Position numbers and translations under genes: made by a program. The notes below the pieces were generated by a model that saw only the letters and a program-made list of their open reading frames with translations, made no database searches and was not told where the DNA came from. Shown here in pieces: positions 48,800 to 62,900 of a stretch of 64,000 bases of DNA; positions within the stretch are counted from its first letter, which is position 1; the number at the start of each line of letters is the position of its first letter. Where the stretch lies: the NCBI GenBank assembly GCA_965649765.1, contig OZ287748.1, positions 45,260,001 through 45,324,000 of the forward strand, given 5' to 3'. This DNA comes from Bispira polyomma (taxonomy: Eukaryota).

Positions 48800-49050
48800 C
48801 GGTACACGTGTGTACACGATCACCGCCCACTAATTCGCCAACCAATCTTCCAGACATAAACGGGAGCATCTCACAAGCATAAATCATTCACCACGCATGG
48901 CTGAATGCTAATATACGTCATACGCACGCCACGTGACTGCTGCGAGAGCTGTCATTTGACAGGACTGGTGCCTAGAACGAGGCTAACCGGAAGTAGGGGG
49001 AGGGGAGGCAATTTAAAATGTCAAAGAGCCCAGCAAGACACACGTGGATC
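48800..49050. promoter_or_regulatory. Candidate promoter/enhancer (CpG-rich transcription-factor motif cluster)
   Basis: CACGTG at 48805, 48930 and 49041; CCAAT 48842; CATAAATCA (Pbx-Hox type, reverse) 48878; TACGTCA 48914; inverted CTGTCA-TT-TGACAG 48949-48962; ACCGGAAGT 48986; GGGGAGGGG box. No repeat hallmarks seen. Confidence 0.5.
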
Positions 49051-50184
49051 CACAGAAGGGGGTACAATTCAACACTTTACACATACAACACTTGCTTGGT
49101 AAAAGTGAAAGTCTATTCCATAAGTAACTTTATTGTTCTACTAAAATTCAGTAGTTGGGGTTTTCTCTTCATTTACTACGACAATTCAACTACACACAAT
49201 TGTATTGCTAAGTTGTAAACATGTGATATGTAAAAAAATAGGTAAAGGATGATCAAATGTTCATTTGAAGATGGTTTAAAAATAAATTTTGATTTTTAGT
49301 TTTGAGAACAATTAATGTACTTAAATTTAGGGTAAAGGCAGAACAGAAAGCTATGGGGTTGGAATTGACACCATAAAGAATTGACTCTGACAAGCCAATG
49401 TGGCTTATATTGATGGGTATATGGCATAATTAAGTGAAAAAACAGCATCATAGGATTTACCCGAAAAATGACCATGCATTCACCATTATAATCAGTAAAT
49501 TTGTTTTAATACAAGTAAATATATTATACAGAAACCCATAGTTTAAATGTTTATGTTTACAATAAATGAGTGGGCCAGGGAAAAGTGTGTAAATTATATA
49601 ATTTTGATGGAAATCTGAGAGGTAGATACTCCAATTGTTAGAGAAACCATATGTATAGGTTAGTGTCAGAGTGATAATGCAAATGAAAAAAATGTGTTTG
49701 TTAAAAAAAGAATAGGCTAGTTATGTTTACATTAAAAATAAAGAAAAATATAACAGAGAGGTATATTTTAAAAGGATAACCTTGTGGACAGGTGATTTCA
49801 TAAGAGGCTAGGTCTCTTCAACCAGTTTATAATGCATATTCCTAGTTGTGTGGTTTTAGCGAAGGGGGGGGGGGATGTCTATTAAAGGGTAGGTCAAATC
49901 ATGAGGAGGTTACCAAAATACCTCACCACATATGTATGTACCATGTATGTATTTATCAAAAAACTAGATCCAATATCATTTAAAGTTGCAGAATCTTCTG
50001 TCTGCCAGTATCAGTACCCGATACAAAGATTACAGGATTTTTCAAAATATCAACTCACTTTTTTCGCCTTAACATGTCTGCTGGTTGGGACTGGACTCAG
50101 GTCAGGAACCTTAGGAATCATGATTGGGATGTGCAGCACCGAGGATGCCTGGATATTGTTTTGGCGCTACAGAAGTTTAAACAT

Positions 50185-50765
50185 TAAAGGTCCAGATACA
50201 CATGCCGGATCGCGGATCTGTATCTTTTTGAAACAAACGAAACAATGCAAGCAGACACACAGAGAATGGATCCGGATATGTCCATCCGGCTAGGATAAAA
50301 CTTTCAGTTCTAATTTTTGAGGGATCCGCTTAAACATGTTCAAAATTGCTGATTTGAACGATCCAGTCACTGATCCAGTTCTGATTTGGCCAGCTCCGAA
50401 ACCACATTTTGAGAGAACCGGGAGAAATAAGCATAAATGGGTGTAAACTGCTCAGAACTTGTGTAAACGGGGCTTAAACTGTATAGAACTTGTGTAATCT
50501 GTCCAGAACTTAAGTAATCTTGAGCAAACGTGTTATGAATTGCTTAGTTCTGGTCTGGACATAAATTTGTCATAAACTAGTGAGATCTGGTAAAAACTGA
50601 ACATATCCTGAACATTAACAAGGTTAAACGGAGCATAAACGGGGGGTGCAAATATATGCAAATGAACATTTTCCCGCCATTCTCTTCCAACCAGCCAAGT
50701 TCTAATGATCGGGAGTACTCTGCTATAAACGTGGCGAGCACTTGGACAGTGTAAATGCCACTTTA
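50185..50765. mobile_element. Probable decayed Harbinger-like non-autonomous element
   Basis: GGATCC/CCGGA-rich interior with repeated GAACTTGTGTAA units. Right end CAGTGTAAATGCCACT-TTA. Left TIR only weakly matching. Confidence 0.35.
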
Positions 50766-51203
50766 GCATTTTAAACTAAGATTGATTCCATTCAAGGATT
50801 TAATAATGATACAGTTCCACTACGATTGTCGATTTATTTTGTCGATGATCTACATTTGGTCCAGTAAACCAGGGTACAGAAACCAACAAGAATCCCTTCA
50901 AAAAATGAATATGGTTCTCTGCCATGGGCGGTCTTGACAGATGAGTGATGAGGAAAGCTACAGGAAAGCTACATCATGGTGCAACAGAGGGTTTCCACAG
51001 TTTCTGTGATGGGGAGCTTTCCCATAGTGTTACCCAGGTAACTGACGGATTAGCAGGAATAGCAAAGCGATAGCGAAGGTGGACTTACTGTGGAACTGTT
51101 GTAGCATGCTATTATCAGGGTTGGATAGCGGTTAAGCTCTGCCCCGATTTAACCATGGGAGATCCACAAAGGTTTTGGGATTACTCTGTTCCACTGTAGA
51201 TGC

Positions 51204-51630
51204 CAGCAGCTGTATTCTCAAAAAAAGTTTTTGCTCAGTTGCTATGGTGACACGGTCAGATTCGAGGTAAAATTAAATCTCCACTCATTTTGTAATCTCT
51301 AATAATTTGAGTTAAAATTTTGTGTTCTACTCAAGCTCAAAATTGAACAAGGCTGTACTTTGACTCAACTGTAATAAAAAATTCACTCAAATGAAAATGA
51401 ACAAACTGATCATATGACTACAGGTCCAATATACAGTAAGTTTGATTGGCTTGTTGTTATTTTGGATCTGTACCAACATGTCTAGATTTACGTCTAAGCT
51501 GAGAAAAATCTCAGCTGAGCTTGAGTAAAATGTGTCAAAGAATACCAAATTAGGAAAAACTGAACTGAGCAAAAATCCCAGAGTTGAGTTTGAGTCTAAA
51601 CTTAAGTTTTATTCGAGAATACGGCCGCTG
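51204..51630. mobile_element. Harbinger-type MITE nested in another GC-richer repeat
   Basis: CAGCAGCTGTATTCTCAAAAAAA / TTTTATTCGAGAATACGGCCGCTG imperfect TIRs. Internal CTCAAGCTCA / TGAGCTTGAG inverted motifs. Confidence 0.65.
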
Positions 51631-52304
51631 AACCGCCTGGATCATCTGGCTGCTCCAGAGATTTGTGGAAAACCGTGATCAACTAGCATTTTAAACTGTG
51701 TCAGAGGAAAATCTTTTGCAATATAATTCTGTTGTCAGTTCCTGTTAAAACACTTCCAGTTACGTATACAAGTACCTTTATGCTATGCTGAATATTTTGC
51801 ACAGTTTATATCAAACTTATAATGCAAACTTTTTCTGACTATTTCTGAGCTTCAAGAAAGACTATGTAGATATATACATGTATGTATATATACACAAGAC
51901 TTAAATGGGCAAAAAAGTTTGTTATTTCTTTAATAATTGTCTAAATTATGCAATTTGTAAAATAAAAGGGATATGGTGTTTTGTAATTGCTAGGTAATTT
52001 GAAACAGAATTCAACAGGCAGGCACGTGGATTGTAGAACAAAAAATGTAGGATCAACAATAGAAATGTAAAACATCTAAAATAACGGGGATGTTCTGTAT
52101 CAACCTCAGAGCAGATGCAGTTTTACTAGCCTTACCCAAGACTCAAATTTATTGGACAGCTTCACTTAATTTACAGAGTTTCAAATTAAGCACATGGTTA
52201 ATAAGCATAACATACTCATTGAACTACATCTTTTAACTAAGATCTTTTAAAGCCAAAAATGAGTTGGTGGTATACATAGTTACTTTGGAATTTATTTAGC
52301 ATTT

Positions 52305-52505
52305 TTTTTTTTGATTTTACAGCAGTTTCAACAGCTTTGGTCATATTGCGATGGCCAAAATTAGTGGTGGAAGAAACCAATGCAGAAGCACTGTACACAA
52401 CTGACGTACAGCAAGCACATGATAATCTTTCTCACATGAAGAAGGAATCTGTGGAATTCGATTCCCAGAGGTGAGAGGCCAGTGATTTTAAAGCTAGCTG
52501 CTTTG
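52305..52505 (-). mobile_element. Meta-like SINE family B, degenerate
   Basis: TTTCAACAGCTTTGGTCATAT...GTGGTGGAAGAAACCAATGCAGAAGCACTGT...CCCAGAGGTGAGAGGCCAGTGATT is the reverse complement of the family B body. Confidence 0.75.
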
Positions 52506-53329
52506 GAAATGGTAGCAGGAATATAAGGGTACATTTAGATACAGTACTTTGGTATTAAGGATACTGTAGCCTAAGGCTACAGTATTACAAGTGTAATTGT
52601 AATTTCTGTTTTGATATCATATTTGTCCTCTTTTTATTGCAAAAAAATAGCTCTTAAACCACAGAATACTTTAAAATCTGCGTTGATTGATCAAGCTTAA
52701 ATATTTGGTCTAATCGTTATAACTAGTAAATTTCCTAAATGCTGCAGACGATATATATATAATCAGAATGTGGAAATGAAAAGTTTAATCAGTTACAGAC
52801 AAATAATGATAAAACTCTGTCTTGGTTTGTAATGTTAAAGAAATTAAAGCCTAGTTCAGCCTAACCTAGCACTATCTTACACAACCCAATGAATATGCAA
52901 TAGTTTTATTTGTAAAGTGCAAGAATATTGTAGCCTTGATGTGGCTCAAATATCCCCCCTTTTACTGGTCGCATAATAGATAGTAACACTTGATAAACTA
53001 AAACCATGCTTTCAAATCAAAAGAATGTATTTCCATAGAAAAGACGTCTAAGACCTGACGCAGACTGTTCCACTTTTTTTTAATTTACTCCTAATTGTTC
53101 ACCCTCACAGTTCAAAATCCAGTTATTTGAAATCCGGTTTATCGCGGTTTTTTAAAACTTAAATAACATATTGTCTGACTTTTCTTGTGGATAAAGCCCT
53201 GGTGAAACTCAGAGGTAGCCTGATGATCTGGGCCGAACCAGCTTGTACAGTGGATATTTTCGGTATGCCCATCACTTCAGTGCATGTACCACGGTTGAAT
53301 TGTGTTTCTGATCCACTGTATGACTACCA

Positions 53330-53560
53330 TTCAACCCTGGTACCACCATAAGCCCACTATCACAAAAAATGGTCAGCATCATCTGTCAACATGTAACAAA
53401 CAAAAAATGTATTTTGCAAAATATCTGCCCAGTGCGAGTATCTCATTTGGCCAGATATTACCATCTATAATAATCACCAAAATGGGACAGAGCACCTTGT
53501 ATGATCTGCAGATGGACCCTGGCTTTGAAATGTAGTAAAGATTTAAAATAGTGAACTCCC
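53330..53560 (-). mobile_element. Possible decayed LINE reverse-transcriptase fragment
   Basis: Minus frames contain QGALSHF (QGxxLSP-like), followed at RT-like spacing by CLLHVD / MLTDDA (LLYADD-like). Confidence 0.35.
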
Positions 53561-54466
53561 GAGATATGAGCACTATAAAGGTGTTGTATAAGAGTGAATA
53601 GACCAATTCTATAAATAAATAATATTAATAAAATTGTATGAAAGTTACCGAAAGCCAATAACATTTTGTTCTTATATGAGGACATTATTATCACTAAGAC
53701 ATGCATCCCTGCCTTACAAAGAACGACTCGAGCTTATAATAGTGCTTTAACACATTCTGGCTGTCAGAACTGTATTTACATAAACTGGAGATTGGACTGA
53801 TCACCCAATTTCAAACAATATGTTTATTGGACAATTCTTTGGGATATGCTTGAATTTTGTGTTTAAATCTAATCTGTTCACTCATGCTTGGCTTAGTGAC
53901 AGCAAATATTGCTTTGTTTATGGTACAGTGTTGACAATTCTCCAACAAATATCATGTACAAGTCAAGATAATGAAAAATATGGGACTTAGCAAGGCTAAT
54001 CTGTTCCTTCCACAAAGGAAGTACATGTGTATATATTTAGTAGCTATTATGATTAGATCATCTTCATAACCTGTGGGGCAGATTCATCACAAAAAGAGAT
54101 CACAGTTTTATGAAAGCTATGTCAGTGTTAATTCATATCAAAGCACTGTTCCAAAGAATATAACATGTGGGTGATGGCCAAAAAATACTGGCTGAACTTT
54201 CAGTGTTTTGGTACTAATTGGAAACTGCATGTTATATAAAAACGTGCCAACATAGATGTATCAAAGTAAATAAATACCACGAACAACAGTCACAACTAGT
54301 CTCCAACTATTTGTGTAACACACACACATAGAATAACCCATTTTTTAGTGTTTCTAAAGTTTTTTATTATAAAGTTGATTTTATACTTAAAAGCTTTTGG
54401 TGAAGTAAAAAGAATGGCAGTCTAAATAATTACATCTACTGGATGTAAATACTAATAGTATAAACT

Positions 54467-54657
54467 ACTGCCGTAAAAGTAGAAATTTTCACGACAATGT
54501 TCCAATTTAGCTAATTAGTTGAGATAGTTAATATTAAGTCTAAGTATTAATGTTTCGATATTTTAATTAAAAAGTAGTCAATTAAATTCCAGTAAACTTT
54601 TAAAAGTTGTAAATTAGTGTTATTTATTCCCAGCTAAACTTCCCACTTATACAATAT
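54467..54657. mobile_element. Degenerate TA-flanked Tc1/mariner/pogo-type MITE
   Basis: TACTGCCGTAAAAGTAGAAATTTTCACG ... GCTAAACTTCCCACTTATACAATA imperfect TIRs. Confidence 0.45.
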
Positions 54658-54707
54658 TGATTGGGATCCCAGACGTCTAGACAAACTTTCATAATATTAG
54701 ATGGCTC

Positions 54708-55052
54708 AATAATAATAATTATAATGTATTTGATATAGCGCAGTTATGAACATGACTGTTACCTAATGCACTTTGACATTATTACCCCAGCCCGGGTTCA
54801 TACACTTGTCAACCAATTGTTCAGTCTCAGCTTTCTGAGGAAGCTACTAGCCGTGCTGCCACATACAGCACACAAGGACTAATACCCATTAGTGGCCAGG
54901 TACCCATTTATACACCTGGGTAGAGAGGGACAACTTTGTGTAAAGTACCTTGTCCAAGGCACAATCACCAGGCCAGCAGCAATGATCCAACTGGGACCCT
55001 CAGATCCCAAGTCCAAAGTCTGGCATTCTAATCGCTAGGCCACAGAGCCCCC
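54708..55052 (-). mobile_element. CORE-like tRNA SINE, family C, full length
   Basis: Reverse complement: GGGGGCTCTGTGGCCTAGCGATTAGAATG head, GTGCCTTGGACAAGGTACTTTAC...CTCTCTACCCAGGTGTATAAATGGGTACC core, GCGCTATATCAAAT...(ATT)n L2-like tail. Confidence 0.85.
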
Positions 55053-58000
55053 TTAAGACAGGCCATCCCATGTTAAAATAGGCGAAATCATAAGAAGGAC
55101 TCGACCATTTTCATATATTTAAACCACTTTTCAAATATCTGCAGGACTTCTAAGACATTGAGAGGATTGTGAGAAAGAACTTTAAGAAACGAAAATATCC
55201 TAAATGGGCACATTATTACTTTCTGGATAGGCAAAGGCCAGGCTATGCCCGCTTAGTACAATATATGATTCATGCTTATTCTGTCTAAACGTCAGAGATA
55301 TATATATATATTCCTTTAGCTAGATACTCATCCTGGAGTTAATTTGTACTATGAGCTATTGCCCAATATAAAAAAAATTGGTTGATATATTCCAAAATGT
55401 TAAAAAATGGTTCTACTATCTTGCCACCGCAGAGCTTTTAAGATAAGTTTCTGGGTGTAGTTGAGATGAGCTTCTTTATAGCATTGCCCATTGCTTAGGC
55501 AGTATTATCTTAAACTGTTATCAGTATAAGTGGGTATTTGGCTACCCAGGCACCCTGGGCACTGCCTGGGGTAAACTTCCTGGTAGTAATGGAAATCAGA
55601 TAAAGCCCTTTCTACTTTAAAAAAAAATTTGTATTCTCAGATATGCTTTTTCGATAAAAGAATTTCTTAGCTTGGTTACTTATCTGAGTTTCTTTGTTTT
55701 AACAGAGAAGGGAGAGGGAGGGGATATAGTCAGGAAGGGAGGGGGGGGGGGGTGCATGAAGGTGCTTTGCATGGATGTTTGGTAGAGCACAGCACAAAGG
55801 AAAATGTTCACTGGGTATTCATTTTAGCTATTTTAAAAACTTATCAGTTGAAATAGTAAAATGTAATCACCAGTGAACAAATCTTAACTTGTATTGAATC
55901 TTAACTATGAATGGTCAAAATAGTGTAAATTAATGTCAGTAAACTTAATGAAATGTCTTTGCAGCTAAAATCCCCACAACTACAGTAATGTTTTTCCTAG
56001 TAGCATCAACAAATAGGAGGGTATGTAACTAGCCTTAGCTGAGGCTTAATACTTGCCCTGTATAAATATAAAGTCTTAAGTATTCTAGTTATCTGAATGC
56101 ACTCGTGGATGAAATAATGTGCTCATACAAACCCATGTGTTCCTCCCTTGGGATATGTTGTAGCTAAAGATTAAAGAAGATTTGCTAATTTATAAGAGTA
56201 CTTCATGACAATATTACATGTGTACATAATTTGTTTTTGTACTTTAAATTTTTCTGATAAACCTGAGCCTAAAAGAAGGCTATGTGTTTACAGGAAGTCA
56301 ATTACAGAATGCTGTAAAAAGTTCTTAATTTTGGTTGCTGCCTTTACAGCAAGTAAAATCGATTAAATCTATTTGGAAGTTTTATTTAAAATAAATTGTT
56401 GGGGTCTGTGCCATAATATGATTATTTTATTATTTTATTACCTTTATAAATGTTGACTGTTGAGGGTAAGCATTTTGATTTTAAGACTGGTAAGCTTAAT
56501 TTTAAGCTGGTCACATTATGCAGAATACTAGGTATGTAGATATTTTTGTAGATTTTACTAAAGGTATTAGGATGCTAGCATTTTCATTGGGAAAAACATT
56601 GTAATGAGTATAAGTAAACAGAGTTTCACCTAGTAAAACTCTAAAAGGATGCTAGCAACTCATCGTCAGACAAATAATAAATGATTCTGTACTCTCTTGT
56701 TACTTTTTTTAAAACAATTCACGATCTTGTTACTGACTGTTATTTATTGTCTAAATATACATTTAAAATTATCCCAACAAAATAAATCAACTCAACTTTC
56801 ATCTTAAGTTTAAGTAAAAATCCTTTTACTAGTACAATCTGAGGATCTGACACTTGAAGGTCATGCTACGCGTCCTTTCCACAGTTTTAGCCAATTATAA
56901 TGAGTTATTACAAGGAGAAATGCAGGACTTTGCATGAGTGGATGGGGAGGGGCTGGGGAAGAGTAAAAGGTAGAATTTCTTGGATGAGGGGGGGGGGGGG
57001 ACGGGGTGCTGGTCTTAGCAAAGACAAAGAACTCTAATATCCCCCAAGACAGATGTGCAACCTTACTCAAGACATTACCTTAAAGGTCTGGGTTAAGTAA
57101 TATGGATTCTGCTAATGGGTTATATGACTATGGAACTGGACTTAATGTGATTTGCTGTTATAATAATGAGATTATGTTTAGTCATAATAATGGGCATTTA
57201 AATAACTATGTGTCCTTAACTTTAGACATTAACCTGATATTGCAGGAACACAAGGTTTTGCGTTGACTTCGAAGCAGCTGGAATCTCTTCTTTTTTTTAT
57301 TTTCGAAAATACTCAAGCTGCAATATGGTTTTACAAAAAAGATAAAATTTAAGAATGATATAAAAATAAAAACACAAATTACATCTCTGAAGTGGATTCT
57401 ATTTTTGAAATCTAGTTTTACGGTCAAAAAATTATTTCCATTGCAGTCATAACATACAAAATTCGGAAAATTATTACTTAGCTTGGGTTTTATGTTTCTA
57501 AGGGTTTCTTTACAGATTTTGAAATATGGAGTTTAGAGAAGGTTGAGTAGATAACTAGTAACCTGATTCCCTTATCTTTCTGCTTCCTTTCGCTCCTGTC
57601 TGCCGTTACTAAGTGTGGAGATGTAATTAGTTTATGTTTGTAAGCAGAGTAATAAAAGTGATTTGAGAGAAGACCCCTTGGACCAAAAAAACACACAAAG
57701 ATATATATATATATAAAAGACTGAAAATTGGCATATAGCTTGAGAGAATATCTGTAAAATTTCGATAAGTTATACAAAATCAAATAAATATATTGTCTAT
57801 TATATTCAGTCCTTTTATTAATGTTTTCATATTCTTTATTGTTCACATCGTCTATTATTATATATTTAAAAATGAAAGAAAAAGACGTTTTAGTAGGGTT
57901 TTTTGGCTGTTCATGAGAAACATAAAAAATCTATATAGAGGCTACTATATAAATATGAAAACTTTATATAGATACATATTGACAATCTCCTATTGCAATT

Positions 58001-58770
58001 ACAACAATACTAGGCTAGATGAAGAAGATTCCCAGTAAAACAGGCAGAACAACAGACATCTATTATTTCTGGGAATACGAGAGTCTACCTCACACAAACT
58101 AACAATACCCAGATGAATTGTAAGAGAGCTGACAACAGAATCTGGTTTTCTGTACCATTGTTAACAAGGTCTCATCATAATATCCTCTCACCTCTGTTAC
58201 ATTGTCTAATTACTTCCTTTATTACCTCAAGCTTTTCTTTTTAAAAACTCTCCCACCATTTGAAAATCTCATTTTCCCACGAGAGTGACCCAAGCAGACT
58301 GACCCCACCTATAAGACAGGTTTGGAAGATTTTCATCTCTGGCCTGGCTGAGGCTTGACTAAGTTGATGAGGTGGTATATTAGAATTATGAGTGTGTTTG
58401 TGTGTAATTGAAATTTAAAAAATGACTTAGGCAGATAGTCAGGGGTTAATTTTAATGACAGAATCTGTAAACTTGTACGTCTGATATAGAAGATGAAATT
58501 CACTTCTTTTAAAAATGCTCTGTGTTGGAAAATATTCGTTATAACTATTTTAATAAACTCAATTTATGTCCACTCCCATGAGTTATGGATTTATTTATTA
58601 GTGTGTTAAATCATTCAAGAGTAAATATGGTTTTAATTTTGTTTAAGATTTATAAAATCAAAGAATATGATATAAATATCATCCATTCTTTATCGTACAA
58701 ATACAATCCATTATTTCTGCTATTATATATATTAACGTAAGAAGATATCTGTATTTTTTTTTCAACAAAT

Positions 58771-58860
58771 ATGAACAAATAGGATTTAAACCCTCATTGG
58801 TAAGAGACCAGTGATTGTGAAGCAGGCAGGTGCTTCTAACCACTAGGCCACCGTGGACCC
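58771..58860 (-). mobile_element. Isolated tRNA-derived SINE head (family A/B type)
   Basis: GAGACCAGTGATTGTGAAGC...CTAACCACTAGGCCACCG matches the family A/B 5' end. Confidence 0.75.
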
Positions 58861-59728
58861 AACAATGTTCTACTTTGTGATAGTTATTATGAATTTTCAT
58901 AACTGAACACATCTATCTGTATATGATGGTCACTACAACTTAGCAATGTACTTGGCAATTTATAGGCAGGCACAAATTCGATGTTTCTGACTTTTCTGCA
59001 AGTATAACTTAAGTAATGAGAAATAAGCATAGTTACTAAACTCTGATATGCATGTGAAAGATTTCATTGTGTTTTTTAAGTTTAGAGAAAAATGTCTCAT
59101 CCATAGTGAGCCAAATCAAGACTACCTTCTTCCCTTTAAAACTAGTTTTTGTGTTTCTAAATCTCTCTATATTTTTATTGCTGGTTGGTTTAGAGTTTTT
59201 GCTCATTTCCATATCATTCCTGTTACCTAGGCCATGTTTTTTTCATGAGTTACTTATATCTAGGTACAAACATTTATAATGTGAAAGCATTTAGATAAAA
59301 AATAATGGAGAAAGTTGTAAAAACACATTTTTTTGTGCAATTGGGACTATTCCCTTCATTGTAGGTGGCTGGCCACACTAAAGGAAGTGAGACATTTTAG
59401 AAGTCACTAAAGGTATCATGCATTAGATATCCACTTCACCGGGAATTTTTTATATTTTTTTTCATTCTTTTTCTTAGCTTTTTTTTAGGATTTAAATTGC
59501 GTTATATGAGTTTCTATAGCAAAACAACTGTGGCCTATTGTTTTCTACTTTGTCAGTCTACTTTTAGACTGTCGTTTCCATGTCGTTTTTGTGCAATATC
59601 TGTGGAACAGTTTGATTGAAAAGGATGATAATCACGTGTCATCAGCATATAAGAGACATTTTCAAGTATCAGTTATGTAAGTTCAAAGCAAATGACAAAA
59701 ACTTTCAGTGGTAGGAAATCATTAGATT

Positions 59729-59922
59729 GTTATCTCCACCAAAGAAGTTATGTTTTTTCCTTGACCGTTTGTGTGTTTGTATGTCACCAGGATCACTTAA
59801 AGCTCGTAAACTGATTTGCATGGAAGTTGGGGGAGATCAAGGAAGAAGAATCCATGAATGTTAAATTGTGGCACCATGGGACCTTGAGAGAGGTATGTGC
59901 TCTACTGACTATTATTCTCTAG
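59729..59922 (-). mobile_element. Short HINE/DINE-1-like element
   Basis: TTATCTCCACCAAAGAAGTTATGTTTT, (TGTT/TGTG) microsatellite and CCTTGAGAGAGGTATGTGCTCTACTGA...CTAG: decayed version of the ACCTCCGCCAAGG / CCTTGGCGGAGGT subterminal-IR architecture. Confidence 0.6.
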
Positions 59923-62900
59923 AAATATCTGTGTCTTGGCTGATTAAATGGAAATATCTCCCAAAGACTTGCATAAGGTGGCATGTCATATTTTAAATTA
60001 TTTTCAGTTAAGTATGGTAAAAGCAAGTGCCAAGATTCTTGGCGGAGTTATTTTCAGGTCAGTACTAATGTGTAAGAGTGTGGTATAATCATTGAAATGA
60101 GTACATCTTGGCACATCGCCCACTGAGTACCATATACCAAATGGAAAAAGGGATACAGGTTTTTTTCATTGACAAATAATTTTTTTACAATACTTAGGAT
60201 TAAACGATTATGATTTGATTGATAATATTAGTTTCAATTAAGAATAAAATCTACATGGATTATCTACAGATCTAGTTTATTTTCTACATATTAAGTGTAA
60301 CATTTACACTGACTGATATAATTAGAGCAACAAAGCAGCACTAGTGCTAAATGGAATAACCAAATGAATGAGCAAAAATACTACACTACTATGCAAAAAT
60401 ACATACAGTCAATAAGATCAAATGCCTCAAATAAATCAATGATTTCCCTAACATACAAACACATATCATTGACAGATGATTGTACCTAAATGCTGAAGAA
60501 ACTGTGGAGTACTTTCAGTGAGATACACAAAAATATTCAAATAGAGATAGACATACTTTAATTTGTAAAACAAAAGCACAATGTATACATATGAACACAT
60601 ATCTCTGAACACATAACTCTTTTGTACTAGATCACAAGCACCTTTTTAAAATGTTGATTCTTTGTTTACAATCCTTGCTTACAATCCATACCAGTAATAT
60701 TTTAAAGTTTCAAAACTCCACTTTAGAGTAGCAGCAAAATATCTTGTTCTGTCCCCCAAAAAACTGTGCAATGAATGGACCATACAAAATACCCTACATA
60801 AATATATTATCTTGATAAATACAAACTCTCATTAATTTAAATGTATTATGAAGACATCACTTATATTTATCTTTCAAAGCCTAAAATGACAAATTTAACC
60901 ATTTTAATTTCAATTTCCCTCTGTGTACTTTGTATGTTTTATTGATTTTATTTTGCATTGGAACTAAAAACTACATATTGCTCCACTACTCAACATTAAA
61001 CCATAGTACCAGCTTTTTAGCCCCCAAAAACATGACATTATATGGGCCACTTGCCCTGCTTAGGGCTCAACTAATTTATAATAAGATATGAACACAGTTA
61101 GTATTCACCATTGCACTACAAAGTCCAAAGGTTAACATTAAACACACACACTATCAATATTGCACAATTCACCAACAAACAAGCTATATATATATATATT
61201 CATATAAATTACTACCTAATACTAGAAAAGGGTTAAAAAAACAAGTTTACTTCACCAAACATTTAATAAAAAATCTTGGATATTTTTGGTATTTAAACAG
61301 AAGACAGCATGATATTCTCCCTAATATATTTCTTAAAGGATACCATGGAGTCATAGACACCATAAGAAAATCAGTATAGGTTACACATATATTTTCAATT
61401 GTTAAGTTTACTACTTGTAAAAATATCAACTTCAAAAATAACAACAGTAAGTGTCCTGCTTTGGTTCTTTTCAGAGCATAACAGTTTCCCCCTTTGTCAC
61501 ATATTTGGATTTTCTCTGATTTCCAGCAAAGGACTAAATATGAAGATTGCACTGGGCCCCCAGCAATAAATGGCTAGAATTCACTCAACTAAAAGTACAA
61601 AAAAAGAAACATGAAAAGTGACATTAGCTTTATATATTAAACATATAATCATATAGTAACAAAACCAATGCAGATTTAATATTTTGGAACAGCCCAGGGC
61701 TTTTGATAGAGTAGAATGGTGCAGTACTTCAGGCCAAAATGTAAAACTCTACAAGCCTTTGGCATGTTACAGATGAATAACTAAATTATTGCATTTAGTG
61801 TTTGAATTCTAGATATTCATCTGCACGTTTTTTAAATTGCAAAATGAAGTTGAAATATATGTAATAAAACCATTCTTCCTGTAGTGACCCTACATTTCCA
61901 TAAAGTATCACTCATCCGACATTTCAATGCTTTATACATATTAATGATTTATGATTTCCTACAATTCGATCTTTTGATATGATTGTGTATTCAAATAGCC
62001 ACAAGAGTTAATGCATATTAAATAACCACGAATTATTAATATCGGTGATAAATGTTTTTTTTTTAGTAGTTGGGTTGGATGTATTCTTATTTCACCAAAA
62101 AAAATACATAACAATCACTTGAATGTCTACTAATTTGAGGCTTTTTAAAACCAGTGTGTAAATGTTATAAAATAGTATATTATGACATTCACCAGATCTG
62201 TTTTAAAGTATACGATTTCAGTCCCTTTATGTTAATCTCAAATTGCCTTAAAATCATTTCCTTGATAAATTTTTTTTCCAAAGTCATTTCCTCTCACACA
62301 AGCCAACACTTGTGCAAATCAATGGATAAAGATAGCATTTTTTTTTCTTGTTTTGCAGAATATCAAAAAGGGGATTATCTGCGCAGTTAAAGTGGCCACA
62401 GATATGGTAATCGTTGCTGGAGGGGGCATTTCAAATAAGATGAATGCATATCATTATGCTGATGAGCTTCATCAATTCATCAACCAAACTTTAGTTCTTT
62501 TTCCTTTTATAAAAGGGAGAAGTATAAGTGGTTGATGTCTGCAGTGTTGGAGTTTTATTAGAAGACTTTTAAATATCCTCATTTTTTTAGTAGTGTTTTT
62601 GTGTGTGTGTGTTCTTATCAGTATTTACTACAAGTGTATTTATGATAAATAGGCTTTAATACAAAAACACATATTTACTGCAGAATTTGCAATTAGACTT
62701 TTATGTCTTGTTTATTAAACAATAAACAATTAACTTATGTTAATAATATAATTCTTTTTTTAACTGATAAAAAAATATATATATTGTGGCATAATTCATT
62801 CCATATAACACCACCACACAAACCTCCAGTTGTTTTAATGTATTTTTAAAAGATATTTCTGTTAGTTCCTTATATTCCACGCTGATGACGTCATCAAAGA

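Noticed and set aside
49901-50293. 130-aa ATG-initiated ORF
   Set aside because: It runs from unique sequence into a probable repeat, with no recognisable domain or splice context.
61247-61552. Possible L1/Tx1 C-terminal remnant on the minus strand
   Set aside because: Only vague resemblance (C..C, HL, FFIKC). Key residues are missing, so support is insufficient.
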